Assembly: GCA_013115145.1 (NCBI GenBank)
Contig: JAAPAO010000124.1
Location: 4,271 to 68,270 of the forward strand
Source: Perkinsus chesapeaki ATCC PRA-425
Lineage: Eukaryota > Protista > Perkinsozoa
Direction: 5' to 3'
DNA length: 64,000 nt
Shown: piece after piece, positions 25,297 through 37,477 of the stretch
How positions within the stretch are numbered: the first letter of the stretch is position 1
Layout of the letters: each line of letters begins with the position of its first letter
The notes under the pieces: generated by a model
Database searches by the model: none
Seen by the model: the letters and a program-made list of their open reading frames with translations, nothing else
What the model was told of the DNA's origin: nothing
Program-made: the position numbers and the translations under genes

Positions 25297-28200
25297 ATGC
25301 AGCTCAGCGGCCAAACTGCTCCGCAAGTAGACTTGTCTGAGTCCTGTTTTCTGTCACTAGACAGTTTGTGTAACGGTTTGTCCCGATTTCTGTTCTCTAT
25401 GATCAGACCAGGAGACTCATCCCCGTCCTGCACACCATGCCAAGTGTGCTGCATAGATCAGTGCTTACCCGACTGCTTGCTTGATAGGGGCCAATCACAT
25501 CTGTGAGTGAAGGGATTCCCCACTGAGCTCAGTTTTTTTAGAAGTACTGGAGCTTCAGCTGCAGTGGAGTATGATCCAGAAGTGTTCCAGCCACACGTTG
25601 TTCAGTCGACCGTAGATTGCAAGAATTTGCTCATCGGTGATGCTCCCATGCACCACTGGTGGATCCATTTGCTCAGATGCGGACACAGCTTACGATACCA
25701 GGGTCCCTTGGACGGCCTCGAGCGATGCTAGTTATAAGAATATGTAGGACACTAGCTCTGCACCGCACTGTGAAGATTTCTAGCATCTCTTAGTGAGCGA
25801 ATGAAGTGCCTTCATCAACGGAATACGTGCATTCATAATATAGGATCGCGGGAGGATATCTTGTTGGGCTCCCAATCAGGTAAACTGTAAGACCACATCA
25901 GAGTTATGGTAGTGTTGATTCCTTAGCCGTTGATCCCGTCGTTGCGTACGAGATCTGCGAACGAGAAGTGTTGGCCGGCACAGTAAATCCCGACACACGA
26001 AGGTGACTGGTAAGGGTGAATGGGTCGGACGTTATTAGTTCTTAGGATGCAGCAGATCTGGCGGTCTCGAACTTACCCTTTCACAGAAATAACAGATTTT
26101 GGCAAAACATTGCTCGGCCTCACTAATGATAATTATGTTGGAGGTGAGCATTGCTTTTGACTACCGCCCCCTTCCATCACGACCTTGTCAGGTACGTTCC
26201 TGAATTGGGATATCACTATGAACTATGGTAAAGGAGGATGCTACTACCGATTACCGGACCCTTTACAAACCTTTGGAGGACCAAACAGAGCAACGAAGCC
26301 TTATCTTAGTTCGATTCAAAGTCAAGTGTATGCAGATCTGTTCTCTGGCCAGGGTAAGAGTAGCACTTGGTCACAAACGGCTTGACATACTTGCTTGTTA
26401 CATCTGAGTTTTCGGACTTCTATTGACACCCAAATATCGACTCAAAATGTCGCGGTGCTGTTGACGCCTGTAAAGGTCAATGCTGTCAGGGCTCGATAAG
26501 ACTTAAGGCAAACTACCTGCTGTAGACAGCTTCTTGTAGAGAAGGCAACAGCACGAGTACAGAGTCCATCTCTCGCCAGGTATAGCTTCCCAAGGGTGGC
26601 CGAGCGAGTTCTCGGCAGCTTCCCAAGAATTTGTGGAGTATAATTTGACCCCACCGGCATCAGCTAATCCGCAGCTGGTCGCTCAATATGAAGCCTGGAA
26701 GAGTCGATATCAGAATCTGGCCTGTAGATCGACCGACTCGATGACGTGTGCTTTGCAGAGATTTCACTGCTGGAATGAAGCTATCAGATTCTACATGTCA
26801 CGACCAAGCCGTCATTGGTCCCAAGGCTTTCGAACCACAAGTCGTAGCTGTTCTTTTCCGGTATGTAATGTGGACCACGGAGTAACGACAGCTGCCGGAA
26901 GGGTAAAAGAAAAGTTTCCGCCCAGGTGAGAGACGAAGAGCTTTGCGCAGAGAAGTCGGGCTGCCTCGGAGCTGAGTGCCCATATTGCAAAAGTGACAAC
27001 CTTCCTACTGAGCCTGATGGCATATGCCTTGACTACCAAGTAATCATAGGAGCTTCTCAAACAACAACAACTACTGGCCTCCAGCCTTCCAGCGAGACAG
27101 AATGCCATGAGAAGCAGGGAGGAATTTGGATTGAAGGAAGCCTGTTCAACGTCACTTCTGGCAAAGTTGATCAGACTCCACCTGGTGAAGGAGTCTGTGC
27201 TTTGCCCCACAGGCCGTTGGTGTACGACAACACGAAAGGCTCTGGTGGGCATCTGATACAGGTATTGCGTTGGCCCCTTACAGACGATACGAAGATGCGC
27301 CGACTTTGAGCCTTATAGTACATGCGAAGTGGATGAAGTAGCGAAGCTCATGAAGTGCAGATCGGCCCACAGGTGAGCTACCCTCATTGCAAGATTCGAG
27401 TCGACCATCTGTCAGGCAATGCCAAGACCCAGTATCTTGTGGTCTATCGGGACGGTGCTCGAGTTCACGGAGTTTGAATCTGAGAGAAGGAGGCGCTCCG
27501 GGCAGGTAAGCACGTCGTTCCGTCCTTTTCCTGATAAGTTGTAGATGCATAATCCCGCGCCTCGACTTTGATCTACTTCGTCTAGTCTGTCATAAAGCAC
27601 TTGGAGTGTGTTTCTTCCCAATACATGAGAGCCCATGGGGATTGGTGGTCGTGGACATGGCGGAGGTATCGGCAGACCTTCTAACACCTGGTGCAGAGAC
27701 TGCAGGGATACATTCTCGGTTGGGTAGAGGAAATTATGATCCTTCATTATTCAAGTGAGATGTGCTCAGCCTCAGAGACTTTTCATCGGGTGTTGATATC
27801 AGCTACACGTTATCGAGGACTGGTAAACTCGATAGGCAGCGCTGTCAGGAGGTGGGAGAGGAGATTGGTATGTCTCCTCTCTGGGTGGAGAGCTCGTGGA
27901 CACGACAGGTGAGGAACAGAGTAAATACCCGATGCAGGATTCGAACCTACGACCATCTGCTCCGTAGGCAGACATTCTATCCAGCTGAACTAACCGGGCG
28001 TTAGAAATATGCGGAGCGTTGAAGAGTCTTTCGAGTACAACTCCACTGCTTTTCAGGCTTGCGAGGCGCTCCAGGGCTGTTGCATGATGAAGCGGCGGGG
28101 AGACTCTTCGGCTTGCGAGCTATTCTCGGGCAAGATCTTAGTGAGTTATGGTGCTTGCTCACCTACGCGCATCTCATGGCATCAGGATGCCTCTAACTCG

Positions 28201-30580
28201 ACTGCCCTCGTGTTCGAGCGCGCTCGATGCCTGGAGACAGGTGGGGAGTGGCGATCGGTATGGTCATGGATCGATAGAGGGATGTGGATTTCCTCCGGAG
28301 AGCTGAAGTCGGCGTGTCCGTTAGTTTCAATGTCATTTCCCGCATTCAGAGAGACCGGTCTGTCGTACACAGCAAAAGCCTTCATGCCAATAAATAAGTG
28401 GATACCAGATTACGAAGTCGATAGGAGCGTGAGACTGTCTAATGCGTGACAAGCCAGGGTCTTAACGCGTCACATTTTCCAGAAGCTGCGTGGCGTGCTC
28501 CTGAGTGCGTTCGGCCGGCTGACCTCTGACGCATGGGTCGATTATATACGATGCCGAATGTCACCAACGTTGAAAGCAACGACGCTCATAGCGCAGATTT
28601 GTAGCCCACAATCGGCCCAGTTGGAGCCACACATTCGTGATTGGCTCGCTCGGTAACGGACTACACTTCGGAAATTCAACCTATCCACGACAGTTACGAG
28701 GAAAATCTTGACGAGTCTTACGAGTCTTTTGACCCGGCGGGACGGTCCTTTGAAAGGCTATCCGACATCAAGGGGTTGCGTGTTAGCTGGTTATCAACTG
28801 AAAGGCTAATGCAACATGGACTAGCAGACACAGTGGTCACCGGTGATGGAACTAGCGTAGCTTGGCAAGAGTAAGCGGTCATAAAGCTTGTCAGTCGCTA
28901 TCTGTCTTGTAAGGCCCTGTGGCGCAACGGTAGCACATCTGACTCCAGATCAGAAGGTTGTCCGTTCGAATCGGGCCGGGGTCATTTAGCTCATTCTTCG
29001 CTTCTTCCCCGACGATATTTTCAGCTCATTTCTGATCGGCTCAATTAACTAGACTCCTCATTCTGGCAAAGCGCGTTTGTTGTAGGTCAACCGTGTTATC
29101 AGCGGACGAAGAGGAGCTCATCGAAGGATTAGAGGAGGCGCAGAGGTCTTCAGAATCCTCCACTGTCGTGGTCCAATAACTATGCCTCCAGGTCCTACGG
29201 GACAAACATGATTAAAGTCGAGACCATTCCAAGGGAAGAAGCTCTTACATTAGCACCTAACCTGTTAGCGTTGCCAGGAAGATACGCGTAAGTTTCATGA
29301 CCAACACCACGGTGACATATGACCCGTAGGTTCGCTATGGCTAAATTGTCGAGGATTTCGCCAACGGCATCACCTACACCACCACAGGCCACGAAGTTGC
29401 CGGGGTTCACTAAGGTACAACTCGCTATAGCAGGGAGGTTGCTCTCGCCCTTCTCAGGTCGGATCCGACTCCTATCCCGAAGCCTTCATACAGTTTATGA
29501 TTAGGATGGCCAATCCTGAGCTATTCACGACTACCACCATGTCACCGGAGCAGAAAGCAGTAGCTCGCACTTTACTGGAGACCGGTCCATGATTACCCCA
29601 GGAAGAGGAATCACTTAGCAAGCTGTATGCTGGAATGAAGTCGGAGGATCCCCGACTTTATCTTACTTACGAATTCAATGAAAGCTCAATCCATGATTCG
29701 GAGGGATTGGTATGTTGTTACCTCAATTCAAGTTGTACTGCGTGCCTCCTTTAGATAGGCAACCCTGTACCATTCACGAATTCGTCATCTTGTTGGAGTA
29801 GCGTATCCAATTCGCAGGTAGACCAGATTGATATCACGCGTTAATCGGGTATGATCTTGCGACTTCAGGGACGTGCTGTTGGTCAAGTTGTCGGGGACTG
29901 CGTTCATCTACAATTCGCCCGTCCACTTGCTGCTCCAGTGGAGCTATGCCTACCTATAGCCCCTCCTGAAATTGTGCCTCGTAACACTACAGCCTTTGTA
30001 GCAATTAATGTAAAAGAAGACTATATTCTCATGTCAGGATACAATGGATTTTGGCGTGCTTCGAACAGCTCAAAGGTTCGGCTTGATCGAAGCCACCGAT
30101 GGATTTATCACACCGGATTCCACGTCTGAATGGCTAACAATTGCGTCGCAATTACCTCGTATGGAACAGATACGGGCTACTAAGACCAGGCGACAGATGG
30201 ATTCGTGCACTTGGGAAACAGCTCACCAAAGCGACTGATACGTACATATGCGCCTTGGTTATGGAACAGCATCGGACGTGAGTAACCTTTCCACTGAATA
30301 ACTGCTCATATTCGATCACAGGTACTGTCCTATTATGAGGATGAATGACTCAATGCATGTTTGGCCCGCAGATGAGATAGTTTTCGCTGAAGATACTCCA
30401 TCTGCTGAGACTTCATGCAACGAGATTGATACGTACCATATTGACCACGGCGCATTTTGGACAACGGTATTCTGTAGAATACTCGATAACGTGCATCGTA
30501 CACAATTTGCCGGAGAAGACATCTCATACAAAGAACTTGGCTCACTTCGGACGACCTCAGATGACAAGTCACCGACCTAA
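25297..30580 (+). CDS. Large multi-exon Cys-rich hypothetical protein; host gene of two intronic tRNAs (5' end uncertain)
   Basis: Many co-oriented exon-like ORFs (26185, 26633, 26926, 27762, 28009, 28641, 29851, 30044, 30335). Hand joins read through: ...RCQEVGEEIGMSPLWVESSWTRQ|ACEALQGCC... and ...SVAWQE|STVLSADEEELIEG.... Confidence 0.6.
27926..27999 (-). tRNA. tRNA-Arg(ACG)
   Basis: GCCCGGT TA GTTC AGCTGGATA GAAT G TCTGC CTACGGA GCAGA TGGTC GTAGG TTCGAAT CCTGC ATCGGGT A folds into a complete cloverleaf; antisense within predicted intron 27909-28056. Confidence 0.95.
28913..28984 (+). tRNA. tRNA-Trp(CCA), intronic copy with a C11:A24 D-stem mismatch
   Basis: GGCCCTG TG GCGC AACGGTA GCAC A TCTGA CTCCAGA TCAGA AGGTT GTCCG TTCGAAT CGGGC CGGGGTC A; typical eukaryotic Trp sequence; within predicted intron 28871-29085. 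Confidence 0.92.
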
Positions 30581-30948
30581 CCCTCCTGACGAACGATGAC
30601 CTGTTATAGATACCACTGTACCGAGTGCAATGGTGGCTTACTGAGCACCAACACATCGAATTCTTCAGGGTATCACGGTAAATATTGTAACTCCTTGAGA
30701 TAGGTGTGTTCCTCAGGATAAACCTGCCGCTAAATGGTGAACCGAAAACAACAGCTGCCCCACAAAAGTCAATGGCAATAATGTCATTCGATAGGCTTCT
30801 CATTAGCTTCATGCTCATCTCGATATTCATGCCGTGAAACCCAATATATCATGTTGTGCAGTTAGTGGACGCGCAACCTCAACGTGGAATGTTGGTGCGC
30901 CTGTCGCGGCCATGAGACCGGGAGAGACTAGCAAGAAATTAACAATTG

Positions 30949-31020
30949 GGCCCTGTGGCGCAACGGTAGCGCATCTGGCTCCAGATCAGAAGGTTGTCCG
31001 TTCGAATCGGGCCGGGGTCA
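30949..31020 (+). tRNA. tRNA-Trp(CCA), second copy with a G31:U39 wobble
   Basis: Identical to 28913-28984 except G at tRNA position 24 (30971) and G at position 31 (30978); followed by TTTT terminator. Confidence 0.93.
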
Positions 31021-31248
31021 TTTTGAGGCGAATCCTTGCGGTTTTGGCAAAACCACATTCCCTATCCTAAAATCAAGCTACGCGTGGCACCTTAAAACAT
31101 TTATCCGTAGAATTTCAAGTAAGAACTATCTCGACAAATTGAGAGCAAGAGCCTCATCTTGGAATGGTTAAGGAACGTGTATTATAGGTCTCATTGATTT
31201 CACGAGGGGCTCACTAAACGCAACTCGTCACAGTCATTTCAATGAACG

Positions 31249-31929
31249 CTATTCAAAACAGTTGAATCGTTGTTCAGGCCTCCAGTAGACTTCACCGTAT
31301 GATGCAAGGACTTCCCTTCCGGCCTAATTTTCAATCTTATACTTTGCAATGAGCGAAAGTCACCAACCGGAATATCTTGGATCGCCAATACGTTAGCAAT
31401 TTTCCGTTTCTTGTCTTTAATGAATTTAGCGTTGATCCTTGTCGCGTCTTTACAATCATTGATGTATCTTCCCCAAACTTTAAATGAATACTTCGCATCG
31501 ATGTGACAATTGATGCCAAACCCTCCTAAAAAGAGAAATAATACGATGAAACCACACATGCTGAGCTCGGCGCTGCTGCCATACCCATAATATAAGACCG
31601 ATCTTCTGTCTGGAGAACCTGCGCTAAACTGAGGCTTCTTCCAGAATATTCGCATATGAGGGATCCTTCAGCGAAGTTCTCCGTTGTGAAGAGGCCAAGC
31701 TGACCGTGGACCACTTCAGACTCTTTAACTTCCAAACCTTGAAATGCATCGGTGTGATCCGTAATATTCCAAGCTGTAGGAGCCACACGTATCTGATATG
31801 CTTACCAGGAAAAGTCGAATAATCGAATTTAACTCGATGAAGAGGCAACCCCGGAATTATCTCCAAGCTTCCATCGAGGGGCGCCTCGTTACATGACGAT
31901 CTCGCAACGTCATCATTGGAGTTGGCCAT
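31249..31929 (-). CDS. Small SET-domain protein
   Basis: GLEVKESEVVHGQLGLFTTENFAEGSLICEYSG...YIM; IDAK...WGRYIND...NAKF; VLAIQDIP|AGREVLASYGEVYW. Confidence 0.85.
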
Positions 31930-32737
31930 AAGCTACTGGAAAGGTATGGAGAGCAATCACTTATGGCATCATTCCGAAAGGTGTGAACGTCTCCTTTAAC
32001 CACTCGAAAAAGAGACTTACCCACCACCGGCGGCAAGACCTTTTATCACAACAATGTTGCCGACCAATTACTAGATGAAACACAACAGATGTTATTCTCT
32101 TTTATCTCAACCACTACAGTTTACAACCTTGTAGCAAGGCCTTGAGCAATCTATTCAATAATAACACTACATGATTCCTACAGGAGTATTGCTCGCAGCA
32201 TTAGTAAAACGTTATCTCCATTATTGGCACTTTGGCACTCAGAACCATAGGAGATGGGCACGGAAACCCAAAGAATAAATGCTACGATTGAGTTATTTGA
32301 GAAGAGAGTCATACACTACGTTGCCAGGAACAATTAGCTACGAAGCACATAAAGTAAACACGGTACTGCGGATCAACCCGCAGACGATGATGGACTACAG
32401 CCACACCTGAAAAATGGGTACTCCTTGGAACCGAACAAGGGAACCATGAAGAGCGGAAATTAATGAGTAACCTCCACGATGTCGACGAGGGGAAACTCTT
32501 AGCGACTGGTGGCAACAAATGTGTCAGGCACCAGATCGAAATGAGACACTCAGAACAGAAAACAGCAATAGAAAATAGTAAAAACGCTGCTCATCGCTAC
32601 TGTCAACCAAGTGTCTTTGCACGTTAAGTAAATATTCACAATTTGTTGAGTAGTACAACTAGTCAAGCAATAGAGAAAGTAACAGTAAGAAAAGCTTCAG
32701 TTAAGCTCGATAGATTATAGTGATGTTTGAAATTACA

Positions 32738-33847
32738 TTAGAAACCATCGTAGGTCTCAACTTTAATAATAGCATTGCCATTAACTACTTGGTCAGATCC
32801 AACCGACCTAGCAACCATGGCATCACAGGGCTCCCTGAACACCACGAACCCAGTCTTTGGTGGGACAGGACGGCCACATTTAGACGGGCAGCGAGACTTC
32901 AATGGTAACATTAAGACGTGCTCTACAGCATCCTTCTTACCAAGCAGATTATCAAAATAGGATTTGATCTTGGTACTGCATCGGCTGCCCAATCTATGAC
33001 AACGTTTAACCAAGAGGACACGAGAACAACACTCTTCCTCAGTTGGTGGCAAAAGATTCTTCACATCGGTTAAAGTGAGGACCGCACAAACACCAGTAGA
33101 ACCAGTGTTGGTGGTGTAGATATCATCAATCGACAGTAGATCATTGATAGGCGCACCTTCCTCCACGTGGTGGTGCTGCTGCTCGACAGGCTTATAGTAG
33201 CGCTGAGGGGAGGACTTCCTAGTAGCTCCAACAGGAACGTTCTTAAGCAACTCGGTATCAACTTCAACTTGAGGCAGAACCGGCGAGTCGAAACTCGTGA
33301 CTGTCACGAGCGGACCTAAAGCTCCCGAAACACAAACCTTGGCAACGTCCTCGACATCAGGAAGGACCAACACCGCAACCGCAATGCGCAGTGCGTCAAC
33401 CTTAGGGGCATCACTGGAGGCAGCCGGAGCCAACACAAACAATGATTGAAGAGCTGATGGCAGACGAGATGTGAGGAAGTTCATAGTGGGAGGTGATGAG
33501 ATATCCTTGGCGTGAATAGCGACCATTAGATGCCTCAGAGATGGAAGGAGCTCGAGAACCTCGTGGACGAGGGCCTCCTCATCACGGAAGAAACGAACCG
33601 ATGAGGACTCTGTGTCGAGCAGAGATAGGCTTAAAGGGTCCGCGGATTGGTAGAGTGAGGGAGTGTAGAGATCACTAGTGGTGCTGCTACTGCGGCCCCA
33701 AGACGAGGCTGTGGAGATCGGCGATAACGGGGCAATGGAAGGAGGAACGAAGGTGTCGAAGGTGTTGCAGTAATCCATATTAGAAGATGAGAGGAATAAC
33801 GAAATAGCTGAGGAGGTGCTACCAAGAATGGATTCATCGACGGCCAA
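32738..33847 (-). CDS. Intronless Ser-rich protein with a C-terminal RRM-like domain
   Basis: 369-aa ORF (first ATG at MDYC); C-terminus RVLLVKRCHRLG...IKSYFD...VEHVLML...GFVVFRE...IIKVETY has an RNP2/RNP1-like layout. Confidence 0.7.
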   Translation of the reverse strand: MAVDESILGSTSSAISLFLSSSNMDYCNTFDTFVPPSIAPLSPISTASSWGRSSSTTSDLYTPSLYQSADPLSLSLLDTESSSVRFFRDEEALVHEVLELLPSLRHLMVAIHAKDISSPPTMNFLTSRLPSALQSLFVLAPAASSDAPKVDALRIAVAVLVLPDVEDVAKVCVSGALGPLVTVTSFDSPVLPQVEVDTELLKNVPVGATRKSSPQRYYKPVEQQHHHVEEGAPINDLLSIDDIYTTNTGSTGVCAVLTLTDVKNLLPPTEEECCSRVLLVKRCHRLGSRCSTKIKSYFDNLLGKKDAVEHVLMLPLKSRCPSKCGRPVPPKTGFVVFREPCDAMVARSVGSDQVVNGNAIIKVETYDGF

Positions 33848-34184
33848 AGGGAGGCGATAATACAGAAAGGGAGAGTACGCTAGCTAATTGAGTGATTCAC
33901 TGCCATCTTGTCCCGATTTTTGTGTACAAATTATCAACTCTATAGAGAGCCTCCTCAAAAGGCAATAATACATTGACAGTAACGACTTTACCGTTTGTCT
34001 TGAACTATTGGAAAGATAACTGCGTTGAATCTACCACTACCAATCACATTGTGCAATCTGTCTACTTAATCACCCCTACATTTATTCCTTTGCGTCTGCG
34101 TGCGTAGCTGATCCAACACGCACATCACCAACAAGACTGTATCAACACAAGGCTTTCTAAGATCGAATGGTACATTGTACATCA

Positions 34185-36905
34185 TCACCGCCAGCTCTCT
34201 CGCATGTATTCCCTCGCATGACGGTAAGCTGGTCGCCCTGTTCTTATCAACGTTGATGGAGACCTTCCTCTTAACGATGCACATCGCTCTCTGATCTCAT
34301 CATCGAACCCTCCTCCTCGTTCCTCGCCGGGTGATCTGCTTGCGATCGGAGAGGTGCTCCTCGTCCTCAAGCGCTGCCTAAGTATGCTGTTCTCTTCTCT
34401 GAGGACGCGCAGTTCCCTCAGAGCGTTTTGGTCGCCGCCAGCGGCAATCTCTCGGAGCTCGACATTTTCGCACCGCAAACGTCGATTCTCTGCACGCAAG
34501 CGCACAATCTCCTCTGCCATTTCTTGGTTAGCTTGAAGCTGCAAAGGTATGGACTCGGCGATTCGGGCTTCGAGGAGAGCTAATCGGGACGATGGAGACG
34601 ACATCACATAATCCAAGTTCACACAAACTGTCCCCGCGCACACAAAACTGCAGACAACTCAAAATCGACGAATCACAAGGAATCTCGTCGATACCTCGTC
34701 CTCGACATGTGACCATGAGTTTCCAACCATCGTCTTAGTTCTATTGTGCGTTCTCTCATCGTCGTGGCTTTCTGTCGGTTCCGAGTTGACGTCGACGCAT
34801 GCGTGCTGTTTTCATACCAACTTTTTCTCGTTTTTTCCGTGCTTTGCAGTCGCCTGAGTATGTCAGTGTACTTCCTATCACGAAGCTCGATCCTCGACAC
34901 TTTGCACTTTTCCTTTCCACCAACTTCATTCCCTTCCTGCCGACTAATTATTTCCGGTGCTGCTTCGGGCGGAGGGCTTCTCCTTGGCATCCCCTCAAGC
35001 ATCATCTCCAGAGTCCTCACTTGCTCATCATCAATAACACTACAATGATCTTCAAGGCTCTTCCCTCTCAACTTGGCCACTTCCATTGCCAAGTCTAATG
35101 TATCCTCTACAAGACCATCAAATTTGCATGCTGACCGCCGAGGCGCCATCCCTCCCCCGAGAGCCTCCCGCTGCTCGAGTAGCTCCTTCCGTAGTGGGAG
35201 CAACTTCACCAGATCGCCGTTGACAGAAGTGCCTCGGTGCTCTTCGCTACTCCGGGGTAAATCGGCCTGAAAAACAAAGCGATGCGCTTGAGGGAGCAAC
35301 CATAATAAAGCCCACTTGAACCGCAGCAGATGAACGCCCCCGAGAGGCAGCTAGATCTCTGAGCCGCGCAGTTCTTGCTGAGAAGTTCCTTGGCTCGCTC
35401 TTGGTCTTGTTGACTGATATCTTAGTAATAGTTTCTCGGCACACCGCTGGGGAGTCCTCCAGGCTCGCCGGGGAAGCTTCCTCCAGCACCGGCGGGGATT
35501 CCTCTTGGTCAGCAAGCTCGACGCAATGTGAGCTACTCGATGGCAAAGAGTAACCAGACTTCTCCAAAGATTCTCCCTGCGCACGCTCAAGATTTTCCGT
35601 ATCCTCCAGGATACTCTTCGCACTATGATGATTGTCAGATCCCTCAGAACCTCCATCACTTCCGAGTAGTTCATCCACCAGCGAGAACCCTTCCCTATCG
35701 GCTCCGGGCGAGCTCTCAGCATCATCCCCGAATCCGAGCTCTCCAAGCAATTCAATCGCGCTGCCCAGGCCGGAGATTCCTGGCTGTTTCCCAAACTCCG
35801 CCACGATGCCTGCAGCCTGGAAAGCAGGAAATCTAATCAACCAGTGTATGGCAGTCTGGCACCTGAGGGTCATCCAGTGGGAGGAGGGAGCCAATCTCAG
35901 AGCTGTCCAATCGCTTAACATCTGTGGTCATATTAGAGCTCCGTTTGTGTGCCGCAGTAGACACTTCTAGAGTGGCAATAATCCCTGCCTAACAGTATTA
36001 TCGGGTCAATTACTACACTAAGGGAGCCCACCACCTGGTTCTCTAGTGAAATGCTCTGAGTTCGGTGAGCTGGTGATGTGGTGTTGAACTGGTTTAAGTC
36101 GATAAAAGCAACCCCTATGTGTTCGGTACCTTGCAGCATCCTACCAATGATTAAGACGCCGCCATAGTGGAGGATATACCCACTTATTGAGCTACATGAT
36201 GGGGGGGCGAGGAGGAGGAGGGCACTGGAGATAGTACAAGATTCTCACATCTCCAAAGAGTAAATTTTCTAAGCTTTTGGGTGAGTAAGTTAGCCAACAG
36301 CATCAGTGTGGATGACATGATGCGATGAAGGACAGTAGACCACTTAAACGGTTCACAGTAGGCCTCAAGTGTTCTAGTCGAGCTAATGACCAGCAGTAGC
36401 TATACGACAGCTAGCTATTAGCCCGACGAGTTCTGTGCTCTTGGTACCTTATTACCAGTTGAAAGTGTGAGTGTTACACGAAGCTTGGTTTCATCATAAG
36501 GTTGCTTCACGAGCAGCAGCATTATCCAGTGACTAAGGTCAATAGAAGAGCCTTTGTCTATACGGAACTTATCGGTGGAGGAGTGTAATGTGGGGGCATC
36601 CCTGTCATCTGGACGACTCAGATACCTGTGGGGGACTGAGAGCGGGCAAAGCCACAATAATGGGGAAAATGGAAAAAGACTATTTCGTGCAAAAATTTTA
36701 TCGGCGGTAGTGGACGCGGCCAAATTGGTAGGGAGAGACTGACAGGTTGGTAGCCATTTTTTAAATTCTCGCGGGCATGTGACTTTCGAGGTATTATAGG
36801 GATAGGAGATATGGTCTTAGTGGGAGATAAGAGTCTTTGGGCGTAGGAGCGTCTTCCGCCTATTACCGGACCCCCCTCCATGAGCAGCAATCCCATTATT
36901 ACCAT
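34185..36905 (-). CDS. Hypothetical protein with a possible C2-like N-terminal region and a coiled-coil C-terminal region
   Basis: ORFs 35933-36139 (HIGVAFIDLNQF...VGSLSV), 35247-35921, 34673-35299 and 34185-34643 (IVRLRAENRRLRCENVELRE), all co-oriented. Confidence 0.5.
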
Positions 36906-37477
36906 CTACAGCAATACTCCTTCTCCTTCTCTGACTTTGATGTGAAGTGATATGTATGTGATGGTGATAGTTCAGCAAGTAGGAATGAATATAGGATGCT
37001 CATAATGAAGGATCACTAAGTGGCAGTCTAAAGCACCCACAGTGTCACGTAGCTTTCGGAAAATAACAATGCAACGTTCGATATGTAATTGACGTTACAG
37101 CGATAGGATAACAACTACTAGGCGTCAGATGCTTCCCCAGGGGTGCAAACTTCTTGATACCACGTGATTCTCCCAATGTGGGCAGCAGTAATTCTACTAT
37201 ATGGACCCAGAGCTCAGCCATCATCGTCCTTCATAGGAATGTGTGATGGTTTCCCACCCCTAAGCAGGTTTTGGATGAAGCGATGAGTGACAAATAGTTT
37301 CCTCCTCCTATCCAGAGCTCCTTCAATCTTTTATAGTACCCCACAAGCCCTATGCCGGTATAGCCTATCACAATGCGTACAACGCCTCTCCCTCCAAACC
37401 CGAATTGAATTAATACTTCAAATTTAAAATCACCTTGGTACGTAAGAAACAGTGAGACAGTTCCGTGGTCAGTCTGG

